From the human T2T-CHM13v2.0 reference genome, Homo sapiens, in the NCBI RefSeq assembly GCF_009914755.1, contig NC_060927.1: a stretch of DNA of 64,000 bases, one strand, 5' to 3'. Below the pieces are notes generated by a model, which was not told where the DNA came from, made no database searches, and saw nothing but the letters and a program-made list of their open reading frames with translations. Below are positions 41,656 to 56,558 of the stretch, in pieces (position 1 is the stretch's first letter; every line of letters begins with the position of its first letter). The position numbers and the translations under genes were made by a program.

Positions 41656-43969
41656 AGGACACAGACTGTACCTTATTAGGGAAGTAGGGGAAACTGTAAT
41701 CCTTTCTCTGTGATTGGGAATCTTACCTGGACTCGGGATTTAGCCCCATGGCCTGCCCTCATGGTACTTACTGTAGCTGTCTATGCAGCTACGACTGGGA
41801 ACCATAAGAGAATGCACACACACCATCTAGCAGAGAGATGGACAGAGAAGCTATGCAGGGATGCTCACCCTTCATCTCTCATGGTAGATGTGTCCAGCAG
41901 GAAAAGGAGGCTTGTCTGCCTGGAAACCTGCAGCACTTACTACCGGGGTGCTGATGTGACCCTGGGCAAGCCAACGTCTGTCCCAAGAGCCAAGTATCCA
42001 TAGTAACAGAAAGACAACTGGGAGTTGAAAGTCCCTGAGGACTGCTTATGACTGAGGTGGGCTGTGCTTGGTGTCCACCTAAACTATGAGGGCTGAGTGG
42101 GGTGAAAACACCCCAGGCAGATGGGCTGCCCACCCCCACAATATCCTGTTCTAGAAATGAGCTTTGTCAAAAGAGGTTTGGCCTCTTCAGTGCCTCTTAC
42201 TGAGGCTGGCTGTTCTCCTGCTCCTACCACAGCTAGCTGTTTAGTCTGGCATAGCCCATGAGGCTTTTAAGAGAATGAATCCAGGGGTTTTAGGAATGCT
42301 CACTCCCTGTCTATGGCTGAATGCCTGGTTCTGCAGGGGAGGCATCTAACTTACTTCTGGGCTTAGGGAAATGGAGGGTAGATTCACAGCAGAGCTGGAG
42401 GGTGGGGATGGGGTAAGGGGTGAGCCCAGGTGGGCCTTATCCCCCAATGGCTGAGGAATGTAAGACTTCAGAGACACAGGACTGAGGCAATAAATGGCTT
42501 GGGGATTTATAGTCTTTGTTTAATGGACTGTATTTGGACTAAAGGTAAAATAAACTGTTGTCTTAGAAAAAGGACAATTAGCAATATTAAAACTTTTGTT
42601 GGTATTTAGTCCATGCTAAATAAGGGCTTATGCTTTGATTTTACAGTAGCAAATGGAACTAGGGAATTTTTATATGCTTCTTTTCAAGTGTGAAGTTTAT
42701 AATATTGAGCCAGGCTCTACTAAATCCCTCTGGTGTGCCTACAACTCTAACCAAAGTAAAAGCCTTTGCTTAACTTAACATCAGGCTCAGGAATAGAGTA
42801 AACAGGAGCAATTTCTTAATTTGCTCATTGTTCTTTCCTCACAATGGAATCATCTATTTGAGCCTCAAGTTGGGAGATGGTAGGTTTTGCTGAAAGAAGT
42901 TGAGAGAAACATGCTGGCTGAATTCAAGGTCCAGTTCCACCACCAACTAGCAGTCTGATTTTGGAAGTCCCTTTTCTTTCTCTTTAGACTTTAGTTTCTT
43001 CTTCTGTCTAGTGTGGCACGCCTTGATTCCTAAGGTTCCCTCCAGTTCTCACTTTCCGTAATTCAGCCTAGCTGCCCTCATCGGCCAGGCCATACTTCTT
43101 CTCTCCCATGAAATCTGACCGTGCGACTGTTACACTTGACTTTAGGAATAAGACAAGAGCAACGTACCCTATGGATATGTTGTTTTTGTGATTTACACAA
43201 CGCGTTAAGTTCTCTCTTTATACAAGGTTTGTAAATGAGAAATCTCTGGAGTTTGTGGCCATGATACTTAAAATTTACCTTGCCTGAGAAGAACCCAACC
43301 CCAACGTTTAAAAATAAATAAATTCTTAAAATAAATCAAGTTTTGTGAGGATCACTCTTCTCCTTGAGCATAAAGGCTAGAATACAAAAGAGGAAATCCT
43401 GGGTTGAAATCCCGGCCACACGTCTTAGGACCTGAGTGTCCTTGTACATGTTCGCCTGTCTCTCTAAGCCTTGCCTTCCTCTGAAAAGTAGTGATCATCA
43501 GAATCCTTACCACATAGGGTCATGTGAGGATGAAGTGGGATAACATGGGAGGATGGAAAGGGTTCAGTGAGGCTTGGCAACTAGTATATTTTGTACTCCT
43601 ATTCTAGCACATGCTGCATTCTGTTGAAGTTATTTGTATTCCTGTAGTTTTTCCAGCAGCATGAAGGAACAAATTCTTTCTTCCCTCTTTACATTCCCAG
43701 CATCTAGCAGAGCCAGTGTCTTGTGCCTAGCAAGTTCTCAATAGTAGTGTTTGCTGAATTAATCGAGAATGAACATCAGTGTGGGTGGAACAGATGTAGG
43801 TAAAAATAATGGAGCACAAATAATTTTACTAGTGTCAAAAAGGAAAGAAAAAAAATCTGTGGGCTTTTTATTTTTATTTTTTTTTTCAAAATGAAAGCTA
43901 CTCTGGGGTGAATAGGAATGTGGATCTGAGGGGCTGAGACGAAGGGAAGAAGAAACCTTGATGTAAAAC

Positions 43970-44140
43970 AATGGTTCTTAACCTGTCGGTAGATTGAGAA
44001 TCACCTGGGAACTTCTTAAAAATACCAATGTCTGGGCTCCATCCCTCAGGGAGGCTTAGTTAATTGGTCTGGAGTGGACCCAGATTTTTTTTAACTTCCC
44101 AGGTGATTTTAAGGTACAACCAGGGTTGAGAACACTGATC
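43970..44140. mobile_element. MER5A1-like DNA transposon
   Basis: CAATGGTTCTTAACC...GAATCACCTGGGAAC...CCCAGGTGATT...CCAGGGTTGAGAAC. Confidence 0.75.
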
Positions 44141-44530
44141 TAAAAACCTCATTAAAGGACTTTGTGATTTCTGAACTGAGTGTTAGGTAGAGGGAGTGAC
44201 ACAGACAGAGGAATGGAGAGGGGAGAAGAAAAGAAAAGAGAAAAGATGTTCTGTATCTGAGGCTGATACCAATATTTAAAGAACACAAACAGTTTTTTAA
44301 AACATGTTACAAGTATGGGCAGCATAGCCAGAAATATCTAAATCTTACTCTAGACCACAGTCACCTCTCTCCTTGAGGAAATTAAAGTGGTACCCTCATC
44401 TGGTAACAAAGGAAAGCAAACTAACGCTTATTATTGTTAGCTGTGGCTTTTAGCCCTAAAGAAACACCAGTGCAGAGCATTCTGCTGAGTGTAGCAGAAG
44501 GAATATCTCTGTTTCCTGTACTGTCTTTTC

Positions 44531-44850
44531 CAGTGGTTCATAATCTTGGTTGCATGTTGGAATCACACCTGGAGCTTTAAGACTTACTAATGGTCGGGTC
44601 CCAGCCGCAGAGATTCTGGTGATATTGGTCTGGGGTGTGGTTAGGACATGGTGATTTTTTTTTTTAATTCTCCAGCTGATACTTGGGAGGTTGAGGCAGG
44701 AGAATCGCTTGAACCCAGGAGGCAGAGGTTGCAGTGAGCTGAGATCGCACCACTGCACTCCAGCCTGGGCGACACAGCGAAACTCAGTCTAAAAGAAAAA
44801 AAAAAATTCTCTGCTGAGTCTGATGTGAGGCAGAGTTGAGAGAAGCAGTC
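44531..44850. mobile_element. MER5A1-like element containing a 5'-truncated + strand Alu right arm (about 44681-44805)
   Basis: MER5 ends CAGTGGTT...AGTTGAGAGAAGCAGT; Alu flanked by imperfect TSD AATTCTCCAGCTGA / AATTCTCTGCTGA. Confidence 0.75.
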
Positions 44851-47800
44851 TAACAGCATTAAAGCCACCATTGTTTCCAATGATATACAGTAGGCGAGTA
44901 CATAAACACCTGTCAGTAAGATTTTATATTTACATTTTATACAAGCCATTCAATAGTTCCATCAGCAATCAAAAGTGTATTCATTATAATTTCTCTGAGG
45001 GAAAGGAAAAAGTGAGAAAATGAATATTTTAAGCCTACTAGATGCCAAGCACTGTATACATTGTATCTCACTTAGTTCTCACAATATCCCTGAGAAGTCC
45101 TCTTTGTGATTCCCATTTTACAGACAAGGAAATCCAGGCTCAGAGAGGGTAAGAAGCCCAGAGTCTCACCATTCATAGCATACAGAGCAAACCTAAGCCT
45201 GTTCTTCCCCCAAGCTCTCAGGTACTTTCCACCACAGCATATGACCTCAGTTCTCTGAAGAGGCTCGTTTGTTCATTGATTAGGTATTTATTGGGTGATA
45301 TGAGTGAAGCATTGTGCTAGGGCCTGAAGAGGCAGAGATGGATACGACTGACATGGCTCTGGCGTCAAGAAGCCTGCATTCCTGGAACAACATAGATAAG
45401 TTAATAAGGAACCAACCTCAATGGAAGTGTTCTGATTGGAGTATGGGCACAGGAAATTGTGGGGGCACATCAGAAAGAAGTTTCAATAGAACTTTTTAAA
45501 AAAGAGCCTGACAAATGATTTCCTCACAAATACATTCCGCTACTTGATGGAAAGAGGAAAAATATCTTTTTGCATTTCTAAGAGCCCCTAAGAAAAACAG
45601 ATATATCAACAGATTGAGAGCAGTAAAGTCAACACAAGCAAACTCTGCCTGCTGCCGATTGACAGATATTTACCATTTGATGGGCTTTAACTAGGACTCG
45701 TGTCAGTGTGTTTGGGGGCAGTGGGAGAGGGGGTAATTTCTATTCTTCTAGGTGTGGCTGGAATAAATCTTCATGTTCCTCCCATTTATTCCATCCACAA
45801 CATGATGTGTTCCTGAGGCATGCAGAGGTGCAATAAGCACTGTCTTCATCCATTTTATTTCCTGTGTTTTTCTCACATAAAACAACATCAAATGAGATGG
45901 ATGAAAATGCAGGGACTGAGTCTCAGGACATGCTGGGAGCCTGCTCTGTTTGATGTCCTAAGCAGGTGACTGTCCTCTTTGATAAGTAACATGTGGTGTG
46001 GCAGAGGTGAGCCATGAGGCTCACAAAGAAAGACATTTTGCCCAAGCCCAGCATCCTGAACACCAGAGACACATACAGAATGAATATGAGCTACAACAAA
46101 TCCGCATCAAGACTGGAAGTGAGAAAGAGCGTCTGCTTCTGCAGATGGATCTTAAATTGCATTTCCAGAAAGTAAAGATAAGGGTCAGGGGTCATCCCAC
46201 TATGCCAAGCATTGCAGAGGTAGAAATTTTTGTATTCTTACTTTTGATTTCAGTCAAGGAGGTGCTCTACCTCATCCCCTTGGTAATTGAAAATAGTAAC
46301 TGGAAGGAGTTGGCTGCCAAAAGAACAAGCCGTTCTTTTCTCTGTCTCCCACAGATATTTCAGGAGCTAGGACTTGGAATTATGAAACAGACACAAAAAA
46401 TAAACATGAAAAGATACTGAAATTATTACCATGTAACACCAGAAAAAAAAGGTGTTCCCACTTTCCCATATTGTCCTTATATAAAACACTATTTTTGCCT
46501 CCAGAGATGAATTTCCCTTAGTATGTACAGACTTTCCTTATACTTCCCCAACTATATGTTGCAGGTGTGTTGGTGGTGGCAGTGATGGATTTCTGACGGT
46601 GTGAGTTAGAGTGAGGGGGAAATCTCCCAAATGGGATTTATTTTTTAGGTAGCCATATGTTGAGATTGGCAGGCTCCTTTGGGTTTGATCCCCATGGAAG
46701 TATACTACCTTTTGGTGACTTATCTGCTGGGCTTTTAAGTCTGAACCCCATCATTGGTTAGGATCCTGTTCTTCAGCATCTCAGACAAAAGTGTCAGCAT
46801 CAGGACCAAACCTGCATTGGGTCTAGATTGTTGGATGAGGAGCCAGGGAAAGGACCTGGACAGAACTAAGAAGCTGCAGAGCCAGGTGGACTCAGGGATC
46901 AGAATAAGCAAGTAGTTCAGAGTTAGGATTTTCCTAGATCTAAGGATCTGAACAAGGCCGAATAAGAAATATGTAGACAATCCAAATCAAGAAACAACAT
47001 GGGTCACAACTTGCAACAAGTCGGAGACAGTTAGAAACCAAGAGGACATGAATGTGAGAAGGCAGAAAGTTGAAAGTTTAAGGTAAGAGTTAGGAGTCAG
47101 AAAAGCCACAGGACTAAGGAGCAGTGGTCTATATTTATTGTGTATCATGTACATACAGTAATATGTGTATATGAGAGATATTTTACATGCATCATCTCAT
47201 TTAATCCCACAAGTTTAGGAGGTAGGTAGCTTATGAGGTAGGTAGGTATGTAAATTCATATTTTACATATGAGCAAAATGAGGCTTCTGAGAGTCTAGGT
47301 AATTTGCCCAAAGTCAGGATTCCAACTCAGGACTGTTCCAAAGCTAGTACACTTTCGGGTAGTCTTTGAGAGCCAAGTAAGGAATCAAATTCAAGTTACT
47401 AGTGGAGAGAAGGACTTTGGTTACTAAGGCAGTTCCTTTGCTCTCTCTCCGAGTTCGTTCATTTCTGAGGCAGAAATTTATTTGATGAAGGCTACCTTGG
47501 GCCTGCTGATGATAACGTATAAATAGGAGAACTGGCATGGTGAAGAGAGGAAGTGTGTGTTTGCACCTGTGCTCATGAATTTGGAAAAGTATATAGGAAA
47601 AGTAAGACAAGGAGGTAAACAAGGAATGGGGCAACAGCTTCTGGCTGGCATATATTGACTCAAGGCTCCCATTGTAGGTCAGATGGTTGACAGTTTATTA
47701 ATGTTGGGTGGTTTATACATAAACATTGGGAACACTTGTCAGTGACTGGCTGAGCTTACTAATTGTAAATCAGTAGAAAAACATTGAGCAAACTCTCCTT

Positions 47801-48470
47801 GAGTGGGCACAACTTTAACGTGAAGCTTTTTCTAAATGGATAAGCACTCATTATCCCTGTGGTATTGCTGGGTTGTATTTATTAGGTGTGTTTGCCTGAG
47901 TTTTATAAATAATATATGAGAGCTAGCTTATATTTCTAACAGTGCCTTTTTTTAGAGGGCCTAAGTAGTTGGCTAATAAAATCACCACTGTCCATGTGCG
48001 ACACTTGCGGGGAATTTAAAAGGAATTTTTAAAAATCACTATTGTGCAGCTACTCTCATTGAAGTGAACTTACCATCTAATGATAAATTATATCTGACCA
48101 GCTAAAAAAAAAAGTGTGTCATTGGCCAAAGTACTGAGACAGTCTTTTGGTTTGGTTTTTGATTTTCCAGTATGATTTAGAGGCTTGTTTGTGAATATTC
48201 TGGGTGTTGGCAAATCCCCCAGCAGGAATTGCTGGGTGCTGTCATGTCTAGGGATGGACCTCTATATAACTGTAATTCCTGTTGATAATAAGGAACTGAT
48301 CATCCGTTGACTCCTCAGGCAAAGGATCAGTTAATACAAAAGAGATGGCGTAATTTTAGCATCCCAAACAAGGGCACATTGTGGTGCCCAGTTTCACAGA
48401 GGAATATTTAGGGTTTGGGAGGGTATGAATAATGGCTGTTTCCAAATTCCAGTTTTCTTATGCATATTGA

Positions 48471-48776
<306 letters not shown>

Positions 48777-49313
48777 TAAGGCATACAGAGCCACAGGTGC
48801 CCCTTTAAGTAACCAGCACTTCGAAAATAGGTAAGTTAAGGACTACTTGTATTAGTTTCTGAAAGCTTGGCTGCGGTAACAAATAGACCCAGTGATACAA
48901 TGGCTCAAACAACAAATGCATGATTTCTCTCTTACAAGACAATCCATTCCAGAGTTGTCTCAGTCACTCAATCTGTTCTTTCTTTCTATCCTCAGTCCTG
49001 TCAAGCAGTCCATGGGAAATATACAAATCCTTTATCAATAAATATATTTAGGATGTAGAGTCAGGTTAATTAATTTGGGGCACTGTGTGCCTGACACAAA
49101 GTTAATATTCAGTAACTAGTAGCAATTACCATCACTATTTCCAAAGTGTGTATGATTATTATAGGAAAGTTTTCTTGCCATATTAAAGTTGATTTTAAAA
49201 AGGAAAAATAACTTATCTGCATGAAGCATTATGCTAGGCATTTTATGCTAGATCTCTAGGAACCTGTGGGAACATACACACAATGACCAATGTCACATTT
49301 TAAAAATAGTACA

Positions 49314-49616
49314 GGCCAGGCATGGTGGTTCATGCCTGTAGTCCCAACACTTTGGGAGGCCAAGGCAAGAGAGTCACTTGAGGCCAGCAGTTTAAGACCA
49401 ACCTGGGCAACATGGTGAGACCGCACAAAAAATTCTCAATATTAGCTGAATGTGGTGGCACATGCCTGTGGTCCCAGCTAATTGGGAGGCTAAGGAAGAA
49501 GGATCACTTGAGTCCAGGAGTTTGAAGCTGCAGTGAGCTATGATCACATCACTGCACTCCAGCCTGGATGACAGTGCAAGACCCTGTTTCCAAAAAATAA
49601 AAATTACAAAAAATAC
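49314..49616 (+). mobile_element. AluJ
   Basis: Diverged dimer, GCAGTGAGCTATGATC. Confidence 0.93.
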
Positions 49617-50714
49617 ATATATTAAGAACAGACTAAGTGGTAATTGTTTTAATTACCTATTTGTACAAAGGTGGGGGTGAAGAAGTAAAAGTATAATAAT
49701 AGTTCCATTTTGTTGAGTGCTATGGGCCTGTTACACACATCTTCATCAATCCTCACAACCATTCTCTGAAGTAAACTTTATTCTCATTTTATAGATTAGG
49801 CCACTGAAGCTTAAGAGGTCAGCAGACCATGGTCACCCTGAGGAGAGAACACACCACCACTCTCCACAGGTCCCGGGGGGGTTCCCAGCAGGGCAGGTAC
49901 CACATCACTCCTGTGGTTGCCCCTTTCTGCCCCACTCTACCCAAATCATCCTAAGCAAAAAACCATCTTTCTTTTAAACATTTTTTTTTCTTGTCTATAG
50001 CAGCTGCTGGAGCTTTTACCTTTTTTCTTCAGAAAACCATAGCTCAGCATGCTGAAACTTTTGGAATTAAGCCTACTGATTTAGTATGAGAGCCAAAAAC
50101 ATCTTATTTTGTTTAATTGATGCTTGATTCCTTATATTAAAGGTATTCCTTCCTCTGATGCCTCTGTCTTAGTTATTATATTGTTATTTATTATAATGAA
50201 AAAAACACTGTCTTCTCCACTCCCCATCTCTCCCAATCAGTGCTGAGCCATAGCCCACACATGCCATGCTAAAGATCTGTATTCAGCACAGATTAAATTC
50301 CTGAGCCCCAAGCAAGGCCGGGTTACAGTGCTGCCCTCCAGATTGTTTCTGCTTAATGACACTGGGATTACACCTGAGTCTCCAGAGAGACATGTTATTT
50401 ATAAGGACTTGGTGGAAATCCTAGCAGGCCCAGAACAGTAACGAGTATGCAAATTCTGCAACTTAGTAGTTAAGACTGGACTTTCTTTTCATATGAGAAA
50501 TCCTTTCTCATTTATAATCTCATTTTAAGAGAACATGCCCATGGGGAGAAGTGGTGTTATGCTTACTTTTCAAATGAGGAAACTAAGGTACCATGGGGTT
50601 AGTGCTCCCCAAGGCCTCTTGACTGGTCAGCTGAAACTTCAGCCTAGGCCTCCTAAATCCAAGGTCCTACAGTTTGCCTCTGCTGGCCCCCACTCTTGCC
50701 ATGTGGTCCCAGGA

Positions 50715-51130
50715 GAAATAGAAGCCCTCCAACATTATGTGAAGTGAAATGAGCCAGGCACAGAAATACTACATGCATGTGGGAACTAAAAAGGTTGATC
50801 TCATAGAAGTGGAGTGTAGAGTAGTGGCTATAAGAGATAGAGAAGGGTAGAGGGGAGGGGAGGATAAAGAGAGGTTGGTTAATGGGGACAAAATTACAGT
50901 TAGAAGGAATATGTTCTAGTGTGGTATAATACAGTAGGGTGACTATAGTTAACAATTTATTGTATATTTCAAAATAGCTAAATGAAAGGAATTTGAATGT
51001 TTCCAACACAAATAAATGAGGTGATGGTTATCCCAGTTACAATGTGCACTACACATTGTATATCTGCATCAAAATATCACATGTATCCCATAAATATGTA
51101 CAATTATGTTTATCAATTCAAAATTTAAAA
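50715..51130 (+). mobile_element. L1MA/MB 3' UTR fragment
   Basis: GAAATGAGCCAGGCACAGAAA...TAGGGTGACTATAGTTAACAAT...CAAAATATCACATGTATCCCATAAATATGTAC. Confidence 0.85.
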
Positions 51131-54089
51131 ATAAGAATCCTTCTAGCTGAATGGTCTGAGGTTTTCCTGACCTCAGCAGTACCATGTATGAGAGGATAGG
51201 AGCAGGCATGGCCTAAGCTTGATGGAGAGGGTGGCACCTGTCTGAGGTCAGCAGGGCTCCAGCAGGTCATCAAAGTCCTCTGCTGCACCTACTTGGTTAT
51301 TTCCATCAGTGGAAGGTGGCAGGAATGACCATCTGAACAAAACATAACGGGAAAATCATTCCTATTTGACTTTGAAATGAAATATATAAATTTGCTTTTG
51401 TTCCTGGGTTTTAATTTATTTTTCTCCAGTATCAGTGGTAAATTCAACTCCCTAATTCTCTTTTCCTTCGCCGATATTAAAATAGAAATATATTTATTCT
51501 CCAACTACACATCCTATATAGGAGGAGACTGGGCTGATGATAAGTATTTTGTTAAATAGGGAAGTAGACTGTCTATATATAAATAATCCGGGGTGGACTA
51601 ATATCTATATACATTCCCATTTATAATTTCATGAGTGGGAAGACAAAAAAGGAATTCTTTTGTGGGGGTGGGAAGATTCCTTATTTCTACCATGACAAAA
51701 ATGACACACCGTGGGACTGTCGTTCAAGACTGTACAAAATTGCTCAAACCAGATTCTCAGGAAATCTACCAAGCCCTTTGCAAAAGGGCAGTGGCCCTCG
51801 AGGTGCCAAGGGACTGCTGCTTGGTTAAGCCACCATGCCTCATTAGACAGACTTGTTTTCCTTGTCAGTGTAGGCTCTTTCCTTAGGGAGCGCTTTGATC
51901 CAGTTTCAGAGAAGGCATTTGTGTTTGATGGAAATTGGTGGAGCGGGAAATACTGATTTGGAAGCTGTTGACTCTTGGAAAAAGGGAGTTAATTTAGATG
52001 TCGGTATTGATCAGTGATGCTAAATTTAGACAGTAGCTTGAGAGTCTCTTTTGAATATAGTCTCAAAAAAGAAAGAAAAAGGACACTTTAATTGAAATGC
52101 CATTAATGGGGGCAGAGAGGGAGAGGACAGTAATAGATTATGATACAACTATGTCATTAGAGCTCATAGATTAAAGGTTTAGATTTGATCATGGCCCATC
52201 ATAACCTTAAGTTTTACCAAAATTATATTAAACTGAAGTACTGAAAAGAAAGGAAGGCACAGACGTTAGACTAAAAATTATGTTAATGGACTCAGAACAA
52301 ATGAAATTGATTGATGCAACTTATTTTCTTTCTGAGGGTTTATGTAGGACTTTATATCTAAGATAGATAGCCCAAACACCCCTAGAGAAATGGTGGACCT
52401 TGAAGGGAAACCACTCCACTGATTACAGCCCATGGAGCAGATCCCTGAACCACTCAATGCCAAATTACTCTCCAAACCCGAAAGAGTGCTCTGATAGCTA
52501 CCAGGAAAATTACTACTATGGTGAAGATGACCTCACATCTATTAGACAATTCAGAAAGATTTGAAAGACCTACCTAATGAGCATAAAACTAAATGAATTT
52601 CCATATGTATTCCTGCAAAGCAGTGCATTTAGCAGAAAATAAGCTAAAATGGATTTATAAAATGTTGTGTCTCTAAGCTATGAGGAAAGAAGTTATATTT
52701 ATTTGATTACTAAAGACATTGGCTTAATTTGCTTCTTTGCACCAAATGCTGGCCAAAATTTGCATATAATCAAGATGGACATTTAGGACAAAGGAGAAAA
52801 TATTAGCATGTCCTTATTCTCCTGTGGAGAATACTGTGTTCAGTTTTGTTGGCTGAATATAAAAGAGAGGAATTGAAGTAGATCCAAAAGAGGGGCAGCC
52901 AACAGGACAAGTACTATCCTTTTGTTTCAAAATGGAGATAATTAAGAGGACATATGGCCACGGTCTATAAAACCATGAAGGATGAACATGTGCAGTCTCA
53001 TAGACCATGGATTTTTAGAAGTAAGGAACACTGGACATATGACAGGCTCCCTGCTACCATCTGAGGAGCTGATTATTTTTCCTGTGGCTAGCGTTTCAGA
53101 AACAACTATGCCTTGTGATAAATCATCTACAATAGTGGTCCTTAGAGTCAGTTGCCTTGAGTACAACCTCAAAGCTTTGCTGTAGGTATGACCTTGAGAA
53201 CACAGCCATCTACAGGTGGCTTCCCAGCCTACATGGTTACAAGGCTCAGCCTGCCCAGCTTAAATGGCATCACCATTTGTGGATATCCACATCCACTTAA
53301 TCAAATCCATTCTCCTGACTTGGGCTTAGCTGAGCTTTCCTGACCTGAAGAAGCAATAAAGATCTTCATGTCCAGTTCCCCCTCAAGCTCAGACTGAGCT
53401 GAACTTTTGGCCTAGCTCTTAAGTCCCCAAGTAGTGATATTCTTTCAGTCCTTCATTTCTACTAACTGATTTTCTTGGATACCCTATAGATGTAGGGGCA
53501 CTCTTTGAGTTTTGAAAGTAGTGTGGAATGTTAGAACTGGAAATTATCTTTAAAGATCATCTAACCTATTAGGTAAATTGTTGCCTAGAATGATTGATCA
53601 ATGTCAATATTCATTTTACAGTTTGAAAAATGCTTTTACATTAATTATTTTATTTTCTCTTTACCCCATCCCTTATGCAAGGAAAGTGTTCACATTTTAC
53701 AGATGAGAAAACTGAGCCTTAGGGAGCTTAAATGATGTTTGCAATGTCACACAGCTCAAAATTAGTAGAACCAACATTTTCTCATTTTAATTATGATGTT
53801 TCTTAACTTGCACATATTTGTATGCTCACAGAAGAATAACTAGCCAGTTTTATGAACCTGGAAGATTAAAAATACCAGTAATAGAAAATTATACCAACAA
53901 GGGTTATCAGTGATCAGAGTAAAAGGATAATGATGACAAAACAGCTAAGGAAGCTACATCACATCAGAATATGCCAGTAAGCTCATACAGATTCTGGAAT
54001 AAAGCTGTCTTCTCATTAAGAGAGGTATAAATAATCACATCATTATCCAGCTTTTCTCTAAACTAAAAATCACCACCAGTACCATCATA

Positions 54090-54270
54090 ATCATCAGACT
54101 TTACATTTTACACATTGTTGCATCAACCCTGCAATGCAGAAAGGGAAGGTACAATTATCCTTATTTTACAGATGAGAAAACTGAGACTCAGAGGGGTTAA
54201 GTGATTTTGCCAGGTAAGTAAAAAAGCCAGATTTCTGACTCCAAATTTTATGTTATTTCTCTACTATGCC
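54090..54270 (-). mobile_element. MIR SINE (antisense), carrying splice-site-like motifs
   Basis: ATTTTACAGATGAGAAAACTGAGACTCAGAGGGGTTAAGTGA. Confidence 0.8.
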
Positions 54271-56375
54271 AGTTCTATGTCCAGGACTGACTCATTCCTA
54301 GGGTTCAGCCCCACCCTGGAGCTAAGCCATAGATATAAACTACCATGCATTTTTAGCTTCCTAAAATCAAATCTCCCACTTTAAAGTCCTGGAATGCCTT
54401 TTTAAACAGCATTTAGTAAATAAAAATGAATAAGGAAATGATGTTATATAATTTAAAAAGTAGGTACTGAAACCCATGATGTTTCTAAATGGGAAGCTTG
54501 TAAGTAGGGATCCCACCACCATAGCTATAACTCATGCTTCCTGTTGGCTGAAACTGGAGAGAAAAATTTTCTAACAAAACTGAAGAGACCCAAAGGGAGT
54601 CAAATTGTCCTACAGACATTGATGTGTGATGCACTTGGAGAAGTGGTTTCTCTGACACCCTCAAATGAATCTTCAGACCAAACAAAATGCAGTGAATCAT
54701 GGCAGAGGGACACTGTGAGCTCCATTTCCCAAAGAGATGAGGCATTTGGGCATGCAGTCTGTGAATGCAAGTGCCCAAAGTTACAGGCAATTTTTCAAAA
54801 TCATTAGCACCTCTAGCCAACCAGCCACAGTCCACCAGTGACAACAGGGATTTCACGCAAACACTCTGAGCAGTTATTTCCTGTAACTAATTGCTTTACA
54901 GATTGGCATCTCATCTACAATCTGCTAGCTTGGCCATGAATTAACATCTCAATCCAAGTAGCCTAGCTTCAGTGGGATTTATGACCTGATGTTATCTATG
55001 CACAATAAGGCATGAGTCATTTTTTGCCCAAGGATGAAATTTGAGAGGTGCCTATGAGTTCTAGAGCACGAGACTGGGCTTGGTATTTTCTAATTGTTCA
55101 ATGTGAGGAAGTAGAGGGGAGAAAAATATGAAAGCAAATCTGAAACAGATAGTGGTGTCTTCTCCTTTGGCATGAGGTGACAGATGGGTGGTATTTACTG
55201 ATCTTGAATTTTCAGAATAGCTTTTATTTCTTCTCCAAGAAAACTCTCAGACTCCCTAATAAAGAAAGTGTTTGGCAATGTTCTGGTGACCAGACACCAG
55301 GTAGGTTTTCAGAGCCTAACTCTTCCAGTTGCATTATTTGCTCTGACTTTATTAGCTGGATAATTGCCACATCCCCATTTCACCTAGAACTGTCTAGACA
55401 GTGTCAGCTGTTTCTTCTTCTATCCTAATATTCCCTCGTTGAGTTTTCTTTCTCCCAGTGATTGTTAACATCACATAGAAGTTGTATTCAGCCTACCCAT
55501 GGCCTCTAAATAATTTAAGTCAATTATATTATAGCTTACTCCCCTTTTCCTGATGATCCAGAATATGGGTTATTACTTCTATTTTGCTTGTTTTCTTTCT
55601 CTTTTCTCCTTTTTTGGGGTTGTTTACCTACTGAAGTTCAAACCTGCCTACTCTTGGTTATTTTGCAAGGTAGAGGAAATTAGACTCACTGCTCAGGTGT
55701 GACCTGGGTATTCTCGATTACTTCAAAAACTACACCACACCCATTATATGCAAAGTACTGTGATAGGTACTATGTGAGACTAAAATACAGCTAATATATT
55801 GCCCCAGATTTCAGGAAGTTTATGTTCTCAGTGGGGAATGAAACATAGGTTGAAATAAAGAAACCAGGAAGTCTGTGGTGAATACCATAACGGTGGTACA
55901 TACAAAATGATATGCTTGCACTAGATGAAGAAGAGATTGTTTCTAGCAGGAGAGATTAGGTGCAAAAGATTTCCATAAGTTGTTGTTATTTGAACTGGAC
56001 CTTATAAAAAAAGAAAAGGATACCAACAGATGGAATTTATTTATTTATACCATCCTATGTTCCAGAAGGAAGTTTAGACATGCATACAGTACAACCACAT
56101 TAAGTAATGTTTACACTATGTGGGTGAGGAAATTGGGACAGAGGGGTGACATGGAGCTGGGAATAAAGCAGGTACATAAAATAAGTACCTTATGGCACAG
56201 GTACTCTGTATGATTGGGGAGATGACCATTTTGATTATGGTGACATTTGCTGTCCTCTCTCCAACAGAAGATAAAAGATAGTGAGCTCTCCAACTGAAGT
56301 CCCCATGAGAGGAGGCAACAGCTCTGGGGAAACTGCGGAAGGCCATTCACCTGTGTGCTTGTCCCGATTCCCTAG

Positions 56376-56558
<183 letters not shown>

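Noticed and set aside
45998-46420. 140-aa + strand ORF as an unannotated exon
   Set aside because: GTG start, no resemblance to spectrin or any known domain, and no convincing splice boundaries.
46771-46792. REST/RE1-like TTCAGCATCTCAGACAA
   Set aside because: Too many mismatches in both half-sites.
54205-54219. Recursive splice site (TTTTGCCAG|GTAAGT)
   Set aside because: The intron is only about 7.7 kb and the pyrimidine tract is short. It is better read as the donor of a MIR cryptic exon.
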